IMG/VR virus record: IMGVR_UViG_3300042893_000474
Location: 1 to 64,000 of that record
Direction: 5' to 3' (one strand)
DNA length: 64,000 nt
DNA from: a virus
Within the stretch, counting starts at the first letter, position 1. The number at the start of each line of letters is the position of its first letter. Both the position numbers and the translations under genes were made by a program. A model generated the notes under the pieces. That model saw only the letters and a list, made by a program, of their open reading frames with translations, made no database searches and had not been told where the DNA came from. Shown piece by piece: positions 38,801 to 50,400 of this stretch.

Positions 38801-40513
38801 ATGGCTATTTCAGCACAACATACTCAATTTGTAACTAGCCCTTATATAAACGCACTTCCTGCTGAAGACCTTATCAAGGTTGCTTTAAAAAAGCAGGAGA
38901 TGTATGATGAAGGTAAAAAACAAATTAAACAGAATCTAGATAACTATGGTAAGTTACGTAGTAATATCATTAATGAAAATGAACGTAACTACTTTGACCA
39001 AGAGTTAAATAAAATGGTAAAGAACGTTCAGCAAAATGCTGGATTGGATTTTTCTAACATGTCAAATGTAGAAGCTGTAATTAACTTAGGTAAGCCTTTT
39101 GAAAACGACAACTACATTAAGACTGCTCTTGATAATGGAACAGAATATCAGCGTCGTCAAAAAGAATTAGCATCTGTACCTAAAGATAAAAGGAATGCAG
39201 ACAATGATTTAATTTATATGTACGATATCCAAAAACACATTGAAGGGGGAGGACTTGGACAAAAGTTACAAAAAAATACAAGTTACACTCAGTATGTTGA
39301 TATCAAAAAGAAATTAGCGGATATCGAAAAAGACGTACAAGGTGAGATGTCTACTATATATCGTCAAGGTCCTGCAGGGTACATTGAGAAAGTAGACATA
39401 GAAAGAAAAACTAGAGAGCAGATTGCTGCTCGTATTTCTCAAAGTCTTACACCAGATGAACAGGCGCAGATTCAAGTGCATGCACAAGCTCAAATGTATC
39501 GTATGGGTAGTGATGTTGTTTACCAAACTTGGGTAGGAGCAAACAAAGAAGAAGCGTTAATGGCTGAACAAGAATCCAAAAAAGCAATGTATGCTTTAGG
39601 AGATTTGCGAAAGGTTAAGAATCCCACAGCTCAACAACTTTCAGATATTCGAAATGCTGAAAGAGTTATTAAAGAAGCTCAAGACATTAAAGCTGCTACT
39701 AAAGCTAACATTGATATGGATCCTGATCAGTTTGATATGGGAGAGTATCTTCCTTTCTTTACCAATAGATTTATTTCTGGTATTGCAGGAAACCAAGTTA
39801 AAGAGGTAATTAAGACTGACTTAAAAGAAGATAAAGTTTATTTAAAGAACATGGAGCATCGTCAAACAATGTCAGAGATTTATGCAAGAGGTGCTGAGGA
39901 CAGAAAAAATGCTCAGTTTGAAAATGAACTTGAGTACACAACACAAAGTGGAGCATCTACTAATCTTCTTAAAGGTATTAGTAAAGTAGTAACTAATGTT
40001 ACTGGTACTACTGGTTCTGATAGAGTAAATAGTATGATTGCCCAAATTAATGCTAACACTAAATTAGGTGTTACTGTTAAAGAAAGAATGACAAGTCAGT
40101 TAGAAACTTTAAAAAGAACTTACCAATACGCTGAGGCTAATAAAGATAAAGGATATGTGGTTAGCATTAATCGTAGTTTAGGCAATGGTTATGTAACTAG
40201 TGTAGAAGATTTCTTGTCATCTGATCCTGTTCAACTTATTGAAAGTGGAGTTGCTAGTTCTATTGAAGTACGTGCTAAAACAGGAGGTACTGGTAAGTCA
40301 GGCAACAAGACCCCTGAACAGATAGAAGCTGAAGAAGGTGCAAAGACAAGAGGAGAATTAAATGCAAAAGCTAAATTCTTTGAAACCAATCCAGAGTTAG
40401 GTAAAATGCTTTTTGGTAAAACTGGTACTGCTGGTGGAGGAGGTGAAAAAACACCGACTGCAGAAGATTTAAAGAAGACAGCTGAAGCAATCAAAAAGAA
40501 AACTGACAGCTAA
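38801..40513 (+). CDS. virion cargo (ejection) protein
   Basis: Helical, Cys-free; KQEMYD N-terminal motif; synteny. Confidence 0.65.
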   Translation: MAISAQHTQFVTSPYINALPAEDLIKVALKKQEMYDEGKKQIKQNLDNYGKLRSNIINENERNYFDQELNKMVKNVQQNAGLDFSNMSNVEAVINLGKPFENDNYIKTALDNGTEYQRRQKELASVPKDKRNADNDLIYMYDIQKHIEGGGLGQKLQKNTSYTQYVDIKKKLADIEKDVQGEMSTIYRQGPAGYIEKVDIERKTREQIAARISQSLTPDEQAQIQVHAQAQMYRMGSDVVYQTWVGANKEEALMAEQESKKAMYALGDLRKVKNPTAQQLSDIRNAERVIKEAQDIKAATKANIDMDPDQFDMGEYLPFFTNRFISGIAGNQVKEVIKTDLKEDKVYLKNMEHRQTMSEIYARGAEDRKNAQFENELEYTTQSGASTNLLKGISKVVTNVTGTTGSDRVNSMIAQINANTKLGVTVKERMTSQLETLKRTYQYAEANKDKGYVVSINRSLGNGYVTSVEDFLSSDPVQLIESGVASSIEVRAKTGGTGKSGNKTPEQIEAEEGAKTRGELNAKAKFFETNPELGKMLFGKTGTAGGGGEKTPTAEDLKKTAEAIKKKTDS

Positions 40514-43500
40514 TGATTTCTCCAGGAACTATACGAGCAGCATCCTTAGTTAGTAAGGGTGTTTCTCCCGAAGCGGCTTTAAGAACCGCTAATAATATTG
40601 ATATCTATACTGAGAATAGAAGAAGTTTTTTGGCTTCTAATCCTACTACAAATCAAGTTACTCCTAATACAAGTATTAATGGTAGTAGCACTAGTGCAAT
40701 TCCAAGTACAGTAGTAAATACTCCAACACCTAGCCCAATGGCTAAAGGAGTATCTCTAGGTAACATAAACTCTTCTCTTAGTAACGTAGCAGTTAAAGCT
40801 AGTAAAGATTTTACAAAAGACGAATCAGATGCCATAAGTAAGTTAGCTGCTAGTGTAGAAAATCCTATTAAAAAGAAAGCAATTGTTTTTGGAGACCCTA
40901 CAGCTTTAATAGATGATCAAGCAACTTCTGAGGGGTTAGCTAAACTTAGTCCAAAACAATTAGGACAATTAGGAGCAAATCTTCAATCTACTTTACACCA
41001 AAACTATATTGATAATCTTCCTACTGCTTCAAGTAAACTTAATTTTGTTCCTGATCAATACAAGAATAAGAACTATGAGAAAGAATTAATCAAGAACTTA
41101 GATAAGTTATACATTGATTATAACAGTGGTTTGATGGATTCTCCTACAGTTGCAGGTTTGATGAAGGCAGAGCACACTAAAAGATTAAGTAGTTACCAAG
41201 GACTTGTTAAAGGATTTACAACTTCAAAAGATTTTAATGGGCTGTCAAAGAGCTATGAAGGTTTAATTAGTGAACTAGATCTTCAAGATAAAAATGCTAC
41301 TGATGAATTTGAGAATGCACAAAGACAATACAATCGAGGTAAGTCAGATATAAAACAAACTTCTTTAACTGTAGGGCAAGGTTCTCAAGATTACCAAAGA
41401 AACAAGAATAAATACAAAGCACTAAAAGAAGAACTATCTAGCGTATATAATAAAAGAGCTAATGCTATGTTAGCTAATGAAGTTTTAGACATAATTGATA
41501 CTAGATATAAAGAAGCTTCAAAGGTTAATCCACAGTTATCTAAAGAAAAGTTTTTTGAGCAACAGCAAAAACAATATGGATTAGATAAGAGTGCATTTGG
41601 ACTTGGTCAGATATTAGTAGAATCAGGAAGATTTGAAAGCTATCAAGACTATATTCGTTTCACTAATCCTACTAAATATTCCAAAAAGTCAACTACGGCA
41701 GGAAGAGAACAAGGCTTTACTTTAGAAGATCCTTTTGTAAAAAATAACACAGAAGCTTTAGACCTTAGTAGATCTTATGAAGGAATGTCTAACGTACAAG
41801 GGTACGACCAAACTAGAAATAGAGAAACAGGTAGCTATAAATATAACGATACTAAAGATGATCTTATTTTTACTGGTATCAAATTCGCTCAATCAATTTC
41901 AGAGGAATTAGATAATAGAACTATCAAGTCTATTAAAGAACGTGAGCAGTTAAAGTTACAGTACAATAAAAAAGAGATGCTTGGTACATCTACTAAAGAA
42001 GATAAACAACAATATGAAACTCGACTAGCAGAGTTAGATAGTCAAGTAGAGTATAGTGATTCTTTTAGCAAAACAATTCCAGAAGTATACAAGTACGACA
42101 AAATAAAAAACAACGGTCTTATAAAAAGTTTTGCAGAGGATCGCAGACTGTTTTTAGATCAACAAAAGAATTGGAATGATCTAAAGAATGCCCCCGTACA
42201 AACTGCTTGGTATCAAGATGTTGCTTTAAGTATGATGGTAGGCAATTTTGGTAAAACTCAAACAGGAGCTTACTGGAAAGAACTTGGAAATAGAGTGTGG
42301 GGAAAAGCATTAGGCATGGGTGCTGACATTGCAAAGTTTACTGACCAAACAATATTAAATGAAACCTTAGGAGTACCTAAGAGTGCTAGTTATAACGATA
42401 GGAATCAATTCTACAATTACATGAGGCAACGTTTAGATGTTCCTGAAGTAATTGATGAGAGAGCAAGTTTAATGGCAGGAAAACCAATTACAAGTACAAC
42501 TATTTTTTGGACAGACCCAGCAGCAAGTTGGTACAATCCTACAGGTTGGAACTTTAGTTGGAAAGGTACTTTAATGACAGGTGCAGAAACTTTACCACAG
42601 TTGTATGCTTTTTCTGGAGCAGGTAGAATAGCTCAAAGTTTAGGGGGAGGTGTTTTAAAAGCAGGATTGGCTACTGGTGTTACTACTACACTACTAGGGC
42701 AAGCTAATGCTGCCAGGTTTGCGTTGACTTTACAAAAGACAGGTAGCACAGCCGCTGCTTGGGGGAACACATTTAGAAACAGTAACAATGTTTTCTTAAA
42801 AGAAGCATTGGCTGATCGTATTCCTTCTGCTTTAGGTATGGCTACAGTAATGTACCCAGAACAATACAACAGAACTTTAGAAAGATTAGAAATGCAAGGT
42901 GTGAAGAACGCACGTAGCATTGCTCATAACGTAGCTTTGCTAAGTACAGGTATTGAACTTATTGCTGAAAACTTTGTTCCTAACATCAGATATCTAGATG
43001 ACTTTGCTGAAAAAGGAACTGGCTTTAAAAGTCTTTTAGGAAAACTAGGAGCAAAAAGTTGGATAGGTGACTTTGACCAATACCGTGCATTATACTCTGG
43101 AGTACTTGGAGATAAGTTTTCGGAAAAATCAATTAATTATTTAGCTCGTAACTCTGCAGAACTTTTTGGTAAAGTAGGAGCAGCGGGTAGATTCTATGCA
43201 TCACGTGGTGCAGAGGAAGGTATAGAAGAAGTATTTTCAGAACTTGTTAATGGTGTAATTGACGCTAAGACTAGTTATGCTAATTACCGACAGGAAGCTC
43301 CCAATGAATTAAGTTTTGATAGTATTGTAAATGCTTTTGCTGGAGGATTCTTTGTTCCTTCTGCAGGTGCTAGTAATCAGATGAAAATATACACTGAGAA
43401 TAAAAAATATTCTGCAATGTATGACATGATGATTAACTCGGATTACTACAAGAACAAAATCAATACAGCATTCAAAGCAGGTGAGATTACTCAGGAACAG

Positions 43501-46500
43501 GCTACTAACATGTTAAGTAGGGTTCAAGATTTAGTTTCAGTTGCAGATGAGTTTGGTGTACAAAATTTAAAGAGACAGCCTGATGCTGCTAGATTTACTG
43601 CTGACTTAGTTAATGATGAGGATAAACAGTTTGATTACTTTAAACAAGTACTTAAAGCAAGAGGCATTGAAGAAAAGCTTGGTAAAGATAATGCTGTTAT
43701 AAAAGATGAGGAACGTACTGCATTACTTGCTGAATCTGAAGAAGCGACTAAAAGAATTGATAAGTATAAAAGACAAGTTTCAGTATTTGAGAGTATGTCT
43801 GATACTCAAAAGACTCAGATAGTTAATGATACTATTGCAGCTAAAGTTCAGACTGCTAAGTTTTCATCTAATAGTCAGATTTTATCTGAGTCTATTGAAA
43901 ATGCAGATAATCAACTTGCACGTGCTATCCAACAGAAAGCACCAGAGACTCGTATAAGTGCTTTAAAAGAATACCGTAATGCTTTAATACAAGCTTCTGA
44001 GGATAGAGCATCTGCAAAACAAGTTGCTTTAGATAGAGGAACTTACAATCCAGTTATCCAAGCTGTTACTTCTACTGGAGAAGCATCTCCTTTAGATTTG
44101 TCAGAAATCAAAACAGGAGAAGACGCTATAGATGTAGTAGTGCAATCAATGTTAGATCCTGAAAATGGTATGGATATGTATTATCATATTACAGGTCAGA
44201 CACAACAAAGTTTAGAGCAAGTAAAACAAGATAAAGAAAACCTTGTTGACAATTTCTTAGATTACTTAGAGCAGACTGAAGCAGGCCCTACTGTCGATAA
44301 CACAAGAGAAAGTGCACCTACTACTGCTAACACCGCTACTGAAAGAGTTAAATATAAAACTATATCAGATTTGAATGATTCTCAAAAAGATATGTTTGAG
44401 GATTTAGCGGAAAGAATAGATGATGAACTGTTAGATCTACAAACAAAAGTAGAGAAGTATGATTCTGTTTTAACTCAAGTTTTACAGCACGGGGCTATTA
44501 ATGCAAATATGTCACTAGAACAACAGGAGAAGTTTAGTGATTTTATATTTAAAAAGTTTGCAGCAGTTAAAAAAGTTGGCTTTAAAACTAATCAAGACAA
44601 AGGTTCAGAGTTATTTGACCTACAAGAGTTTGGTTTATACTTAGGAAGAAATCAAAAAGAAATTGAAAAAGAAATAAATGATATTGATGCGGCAATTACG
44701 AAAGAAGAGAATGCTCAGAAAGTTGAACGAGAAGAAGTATCTTTAGATGGTTTAGAGAATGTAGATGCTACTGAAGAACTAAAAGTTCCAGAACTTACTC
44801 CAGAAGATATCACTGACTCTTTTACGAGTAACTTAAATCTACTAGAAAATATAGTAGAGCAGCAGCAAGTAGAAGTTGTAGATAACCAGATTACAGGAGA
44901 AGTAGATACTTTAGTTGATTTGCCTAGAGAACGTTCTAGGATCATTAGTGCTTTAATAACAGAGATAGCAATGAACCCTGATATCAAAGGAGCTCAAGCT
45001 ATGATGGCTGCAGTAATGCAAGTCTTAGGTAAATCTAATCAAGAGATTGCAAAGACTTTGGCTCAAATGGGAGAGATAGCAGAAAACAAACCAGTCAATG
45101 AATCTGATTATACGCACATGTTTAATCTGTACCAATTGGCTCGTATGACTGAGAATGTTCCTGCAAGTACAGAAGCAGTTGAAAATGCGGCTGAAGATTT
45201 AACTGAAGCAGAGCCTGTTGTTGTAGAACCGATTATAGAACCTGTAGTTGAAGTTATTCCAACACCTGTTATTACACCTCCTGCTACAGAGAATCAGAAA
45301 GATGAGTTAGCAGATAAGACACAAATATCTTCTACCACTCCTATGTTCAGACCCACTAGTAAAAAAGACTTGGTTAATCTTGTTCATTATGAGATACAAG
45401 AATCAATTATTTTTGGATTGAATAAAGAGATTAGAGACAAGAAGGATGTAAACACTGCTATAGTAGATTTATTTACTATGATAGATGAAGTTCTTGGAGA
45501 AGAAACTCTTGCAGGTTTAGAAAAAGTTTTTAATGAAGCTGCTAGTTTAGCTGTAGGAGAACAAAGGTTACAAGAGTTACGTGCAGAATTTATGTCTTTG
45601 TTTCCAAGTGGATTCTTAAGACAGACTGTACTGGATTATATGTTTGACCAAATTATTGTTAACAAAGTTGCTCAGTCGGATGTTACAGAAAAAGGAAAAG
45701 AAAAGTTAGATGCTAGTGATGAAGAATTAATTGCTCTTAATAAAAACAGAGAAGTATCAATTCAAATGGCAGATGGCCGCAAGTTTACTAAAGTTAAAGT
45801 AGTAAGTAAAGATGGAGTATTATTGTATGCAATAGAGAAAGGAAAAGAAGATGGCAAAACACTTTGGTTAAAAGTAGATAGAACTAAAGATAAAGTTATT
45901 GGACTTAAGTATCCTATCTTAGGAACTCGACCTATTCAATTTAGTGATTTAAATGCTTTGTTGTTTACTGTACTTGATAATAACGGAAATATTCAGAAGT
46001 ATGGAGAAGATGGTAATAGAAATGAATCAGGAGATAAATCTCTAGCATTTTATTTGCCCACCCCTAAGTATAAAGCAGAACCTACGGAAACGCAGAAACA
46101 GTTCAATGGACTAAGACAAAAGATAGTCGCTGGAGACAGAGTAAAAGTAAATGCTCCTGTTAAAGGTATGTCTGTAAGTAAAGGAGTAGTTACTATTGGG
46201 CAACCTGATGGCTCTACTATAACTAAGAATACAGACTATGCACTTGAATTTAGTACGGAGAACTTATCTGTAAAAGAACAAACTCCAAGTGAGGCTACTC
46301 AATTTACTCAAGCCAAAGAAGCAAAAGTTATAAGTGAGAACATCTCACCAACACAGGCAACAACAATTGCTGCTGTTGAAAAAATGATTGCTGACTCTAA
46401 AAAGATTCCTGATCCAAGTAAAGAAGGTTACCTTATTAATGGGAAGCGTTATGAAAGACAATCTAATTTTGTTAAACGAGCATTAGGAGACAGTAATGTT

Positions 46501-47448
46501 GTTACAGAAGACTCTATCGTTAATATGGAGATGGGTGCAGCTGTAGGTAACTTACTTGATATTATAGGCCGTGACGTACTTGGTGGCAATAAAATAAACT
46601 CTTTAGCTGATTACATTAAAGAAGCTGAACGTATGGGCAAATCTCTTAAAGGAGGTACTGGGTATAAGATTAACTTTACTCAAGAACAGTTTGACCAACT
46701 ATTAGCAGAACTTACAGAAGTTAAGGAGGAATTAAATTCACAAGGGTGGAAGTTGTTTACTGAAGGATTGATTGTACATCGTGAGTTTACTGAAAAAGAA
46801 AAACAAGAAACTGGCTATGAAGGTGTAGCTGGAGCAATGGATATCTTAGCAGTAGATCCTGAAGGTAAAGTACACATCATTGACTTTAAGAATAAGAAGT
46901 ACAGAACTCAAAATAAGTTTACAAGTACTCTGTATAGTTCTAAACAAGGTTATCCTTCTAACGTAAGCAAGTGGTCTATTCAACAAACTACCTACGCTAT
47001 CTTAGGAGAAGACTTTGGATTACCTGTAGATTCAATTAGTATCTTAGCATTTGCATCCGAGTATGCAGAAGCTAATGGTACAGTTACTATTGGTGGATTA
47101 ACTCTAGGTAGTAAGAAAGCAGAAGTACTTGACAAGCATAAGAGTCCTGTGTCAACTAGTCTGATTAAACTTGGATTTGATTCTAAGATTATCAAACATA
47201 TTAAACTGCGTACTGAAAAGCCTTCTAGAGAAATAGCTGTTAAACCTACCGAGGCTACTACTATTGCTGCCGCAGACCAAACAAACTTAGATAAGCTACA
47301 AGAGAATTTACCACAAATAGCTTCAGAAAATGCTGAAAACGTTTTTGATGTATTAAATTTGTTAGGTATAGAAATGGATACATTAGGAGTAATTCTTCCA
47401 ACTGAAGGAAGTACTGACCCTGATGCCCTTAACCCACCCCCATGTTAG
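40513..47448 (+). CDS. giant cargo protein with membrane-like segments and C-terminal PD-(D/E)xK nuclease
   Basis: 2311 aa; Gly/Ala hydrophobic region; GAMDILAV...HIIDFK...QQTTY nuclease motifs. Confidence 0.75.
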   Translation: MISPGTIRAASLVSKGVSPEAALRTANNIDIYTENRRSFLASNPTTNQVTPNTSINGSSTSAIPSTVVNTPTPSPMAKGVSLGNINSSLSNVAVKASKDFTKDESDAISKLAASVENPIKKKAIVFGDPTALIDDQATSEGLAKLSPKQLGQLGANLQSTLHQNYIDNLPTASSKLNFVPDQYKNKNYEKELIKNLDKLYIDYNSGLMDSPTVAGLMKAEHTKRLSSYQGLVKGFTTSKDFNGLSKSYEGLISELDLQDKNATDEFENAQRQYNRGKSDIKQTSLTVGQGSQDYQRNKNKYKALKEELSSVYNKRANAMLANEVLDIIDTRYKEASKVNPQLSKEKFFEQQQKQYGLDKSAFGLGQILVESGRFESYQDYIRFTNPTKYSKKSTTAGREQGFTLEDPFVKNNTEALDLSRSYEGMSNVQGYDQTRNRETGSYKYNDTKDDLIFTGIKFAQSISEELDNRTIKSIKEREQLKLQYNKKEMLGTSTKEDKQQYETRLAELDSQVEYSDSFSKTIPEVYKYDKIKNNGLIKSFAEDRRLFLDQQKNWNDLKNAPVQTAWYQDVALSMMVGNFGKTQTGAYWKELGNRVWGKALGMGADIAKFTDQTILNETLGVPKSASYNDRNQFYNYMRQRLDVPEVIDERASLMAGKPITSTTIFWTDPAASWYNPTGWNFSWKGTLMTGAETLPQLYAFSGAGRIAQSLGGGVLKAGLATGVTTTLLGQANAARFALTLQKTGSTAAAWGNTFRNSNNVFLKEALADRIPSALGMATVMYPEQYNRTLERLEMQGVKNARSIAHNVALLSTGIELIAENFVPNIRYLDDFAEKGTGFKSLLGKLGAKSWIGDFDQYRALYSGVLGDKFSEKSINYLARNSAELFGKVGAAGRFYASRGAEEGIEEVFSELVNGVIDAKTSYANYRQEAPNELSFDSIVNAFAGGFFVPSAGASNQMKIYTENKKYSAMYDMMINSDYYKNKINTAFKAGEITQEQATNMLSRVQDLVSVADEFGVQNLKRQPDAARFTADLVNDEDKQFDYFKQVLKARGIEEKLGKDNAVIKDEERTALLAESEEATKRIDKYKRQVSVFESMSDTQKTQIVNDTIAAKVQTAKFSSNSQILSESIENADNQLARAIQQKAPETRISALKEYRNALIQASEDRASAKQVALDRGTYNPVIQAVTSTGEASPLDLSEIKTGEDAIDVVVQSMLDPENGMDMYYHITGQTQQSLEQVKQDKENLVDNFLDYLEQTEAGPTVDNTRESAPTTANTATERVKYKTISDLNDSQKDMFEDLAERIDDELLDLQTKVEKYDSVLTQVLQHGAINANMSLEQQEKFSDFIFKKFAAVKKVGFKTNQDKGSELFDLQEFGLYLGRNQKEIEKEINDIDAAITKEENAQKVEREEVSLDGLENVDATEELKVPELTPEDITDSFTSNLNLLENIVEQQQVEVVDNQITGEVDTLVDLPRERSRIISALITEIAMNPDIKGAQAMMAAVMQVLGKSNQEIAKTLAQMGEIAENKPVNESDYTHMFNLYQLARMTENVPASTEAVENAAEDLTEAEPVVVEPIIEPVVEVIPTPVITPPATENQKDELADKTQISSTTPMFRPTSKKDLVNLVHYEIQESIIFGLNKEIRDKKDVNTAIVDLFTMIDEVLGEETLAGLEKVFNEAASLAVGEQRLQELRAEFMSLFPSGFLRQTVLDYMFDQIIVNKVAQSDVTEKGKEKLDASDEELIALNKNREVSIQMADGRKFTKVKVVSKDGVLLYAIEKGKEDGKTLWLKVDRTKDKVIGLKYPILGTRPIQFSDLNALLFTVLDNNGNIQKYGEDGNRNESGDKSLAFYLPTPKYKAEPTETQKQFNGLRQKIVAGDRVKVNAPVKGMSVSKGVVTIGQPDGSTITKNTDYALEFSTENLSVKEQTPSEATQFTQAKEAKVISENISPTQATTIAAVEKMIADSKKIPDPSKEGYLINGKRYERQSNFVKRALGDSNVVTEDSIVNMEMGAAVGNLLDIIGRDVLGGNKINSLADYIKEAERMGKSLKGGTGYKINFTQEQFDQLLAELTEVKEELNSQGWKLFTEGLIVHREFTEKEKQETGYEGVAGAMDILAVDPEGKVHIIDFKNKKYRTQNKFTSTLYSSKQGYPSNVSKWSIQQTTYAILGEDFGLPVDSISILAFASEYAEANGTVTIGGLTLGSKKAEVLDKHKSPVSTSLIKLGFDSKIIKHIKLRTEKPSREIAVKPTEATTIAAADQTNLDKLQENLPQIASENAENVFDVLNLLGIEMDTLGVILPTEGSTDPDALNPPPC

Positions 47449-47454
47449 TAAAAG

Positions 47455-50400
47455 ATGAACGCCTGTAGTATAAAAGGAACTTCCTACGAAAAAGAGTACA
47501 GACAGATTTTGTCTGAACCTGCTATGATATTTGTTTGGAATGCAAACAATGAACAACCTTTAGATAAAAAGAAAGTAGGAAATGAGGTAATAGAAAATCC
47601 TCTTTATACTGCTCTACTAAATCACCCAGTAACAAAAGGAGAAAGACAGAATGCACTTAAGTTAGTAGCACAAAGTTTTTTACCTGCATTCACTAGAGAG
47701 TATACTCCTAACGAAGAAGGAGACTACTCTTTAGAACAAGTGGTAAGTTATGTAGAGAAGAGACAGAAACAAGCACAAGATCAAAGAGAGCAGCTAAAGT
47801 CAAGTATTAACTTGCCAACTAGCATGGCAATTAATATTCCAGATGGTGTTATTAATGAAACTGCTCGCCAAATATTCTTTTCAGAAGAACAGGGACAAGA
47901 CATCTATGACACACTTCAGTATTTACTAGGAGTAAAAAAGTCATGGGATGGTGTGTACAGTGAGTTAGTAAATCAACGTAATACTATTTTAGGTAGAGTA
48001 AAAGCAGGACAACACTTTTCTGAAGACCCTGAGAGATTAGCATACAATGAAATCCTTGTACAAAACTTTGATAAGATTAAGTCTTGGTACGATTCTAAAG
48101 AAGGTTTAGTAGGAGAAGCAGAACTTGAGAGTCAGTTTGGAGATTCTGAAGATTGGAAGTCAAAAGATAAATCACAAGCTCAAAGGGCTTCTTCTATTAT
48201 ATTAGGATTAGTTACTTCATTACCTGCATACCGTACTGCTATCCCAGGAGAAATAGATTTTGAAACAGGCGAAGAATATCAACAAGTTACACAAGTTCAA
48301 GTTCAATCAACTGTAACAGGACTACCTAAGTCAGGAGACTTCCAAAAGAACTGGAGTTTACTAGGAAGTACATTGTCAGGTATGACTAATTATTCGGACA
48401 TGTATGAGGCTATTGAAGGTTTATCTAGTAGATATCCTCAGTTTGCTTACTTGTTGAGTAAGATACCGAATGCTAAAATCCCTGGAAGTTTTAAGGATGT
48501 TAGACAATTCTTATTGGCTAGTGAATTTAAAAGAGTATTTAGTGTACCTGAAGTTTCTTCTGTAGTAGTAGACGTTACATTAAAAGAAAACGGTAAGATT
48601 GCTACAACACAGCAACTAAAAGGATTTCAACCTGTTAGAAATGCAGTAGCTCTTTATGATTCTCAGTACTTTAGTTATAATCAAAAATATTTAGTAAAGG
48701 GTTTAGAAGGAAACGAAGTAAATCTAGAAGGAATTATAGAAGACTTTCAAGGTTTATTTAACGACTTAGGAAGTGCTTTGACTAAGAAAGTTCCTATGCA
48801 GAACTTTTTATTCCCTGCTCGTCTAGATAAGTTTGTACAGTTTTTACAATCAGTTGGACTAGGGCTTAACAATCAAGAGTATCTTAAAAGTACCAACATT
48901 AATGGGACTAAGGAATTTATCCAAGCAAACTTAGATAAGTTAAAAACTATTTACGAGAAGTTAAAGATTGTTAGCATTGCAAATGAGTATTTAACTGATG
49001 ATGCTAAAATAAAAGTAGATAGACCTCTTTCATTTCTTAGAGATACCATCCAAGAGATTTATGTATCTAAAGGTAAAGTAAGACCTGACGTAGAGGCAGC
49101 ATTAGAACAAGCTTTTGCAGATAACAAGTTGCGTTATAAAGGAGGTGTTAAACAAGCTATTGGATACTTGGGAATTAAGAAAACTGAAATTAGTCCTTTT
49201 ATTAACTTCTTTACTCAATACGATGCTGAGTTTAGGCCAAGTTCTTATATGAACGCAGCAGACAAGAAAAAGTTTGTAAGAGGCCCATGGTTTTATTTAA
49301 CTCAACAAACAAATGTAATTAACTCAGTAAGCAGTTACGATGAGTTAATCAACATACCAGGTTTTGAAAGATTTGATTATCGTAAGAATCCAGATATTCT
49401 TGGATCACTTTGGTTACAAAGAATGTTTGGGTTACCTAGAACTAAGAATGCTATAGAAGCAAACCCTCTAGGTACTTATGTACGGAAGAAAGATACGTTA
49501 GGTAATCCTATAGAACTTAACATAGCCAATTTTGATGGTATGGAGATTAAAAACTTTGGAGCTAAGTCAGGTAAAACAACTACTGACCAGCATCCAAATG
49601 ATAAAATCTTCCAAGACTTTGCTAGTTTTTTCCAATCTCTTGAGATGGAAAATATTCGTTTTGGTGACAAGACAGCTGCATTTACAGTTCGTGCTTCTAA
49701 TCCAATTCTTTCTGAAAAGATATACGTGGCTTTAAATGCTGCGGAACTTATTACTCCTACGGAAAGATTAGAATCAGAAAAAAGTTTAACCGAGTTATTC
49801 AATGGTTACTTAGCTTCAGAAGCAACAAGAATCATAAAGCTGATAGAAGAAAAAGGTAGAGGTACAACGTATGACAGATTGGGTAAGAATCTCTTTATCT
49901 TTAATGACATTCTTCCTGAAGATACATTAAATAAATTCAAAGACGCTAAAACTAGAGAAGAAGTAATTGCAGCCTACACAGAGGCTACATCAATGATGTC
50001 TACTGTTTTACAAGAGTACTTCTCACAAGAGTCTCAGAAGTTAGTAGACAAGCTAGTAGATACCTTTAGTACTTCTGTAAATATTACAACAGGACAAGAG
50101 GTAACTCAAGCCCAAAGATTAAAACAAACTGTAGAGAAGTTAAATAAACTTAATCTTATAAGTACACAGTTACTGCCTAGTGAGGTTAGAGATAATCCTC
50201 CAAAGATTACAGTAGAAAACTTGCCTTATTTAGCTGAAATCTATTTGAAGAACGGCTTTGTACATAACGTTGAGTTCTTAAAAATGTTTGTTGGGGATTT
50301 ATCAAATTTTGATAAAACTAATTTAGACGCTCGTGAGATATTCAAACGTATTCCTTTTACTTCTTCTCCTGGTAATGTGTTCTTTTGGGATGAAGCAGCT

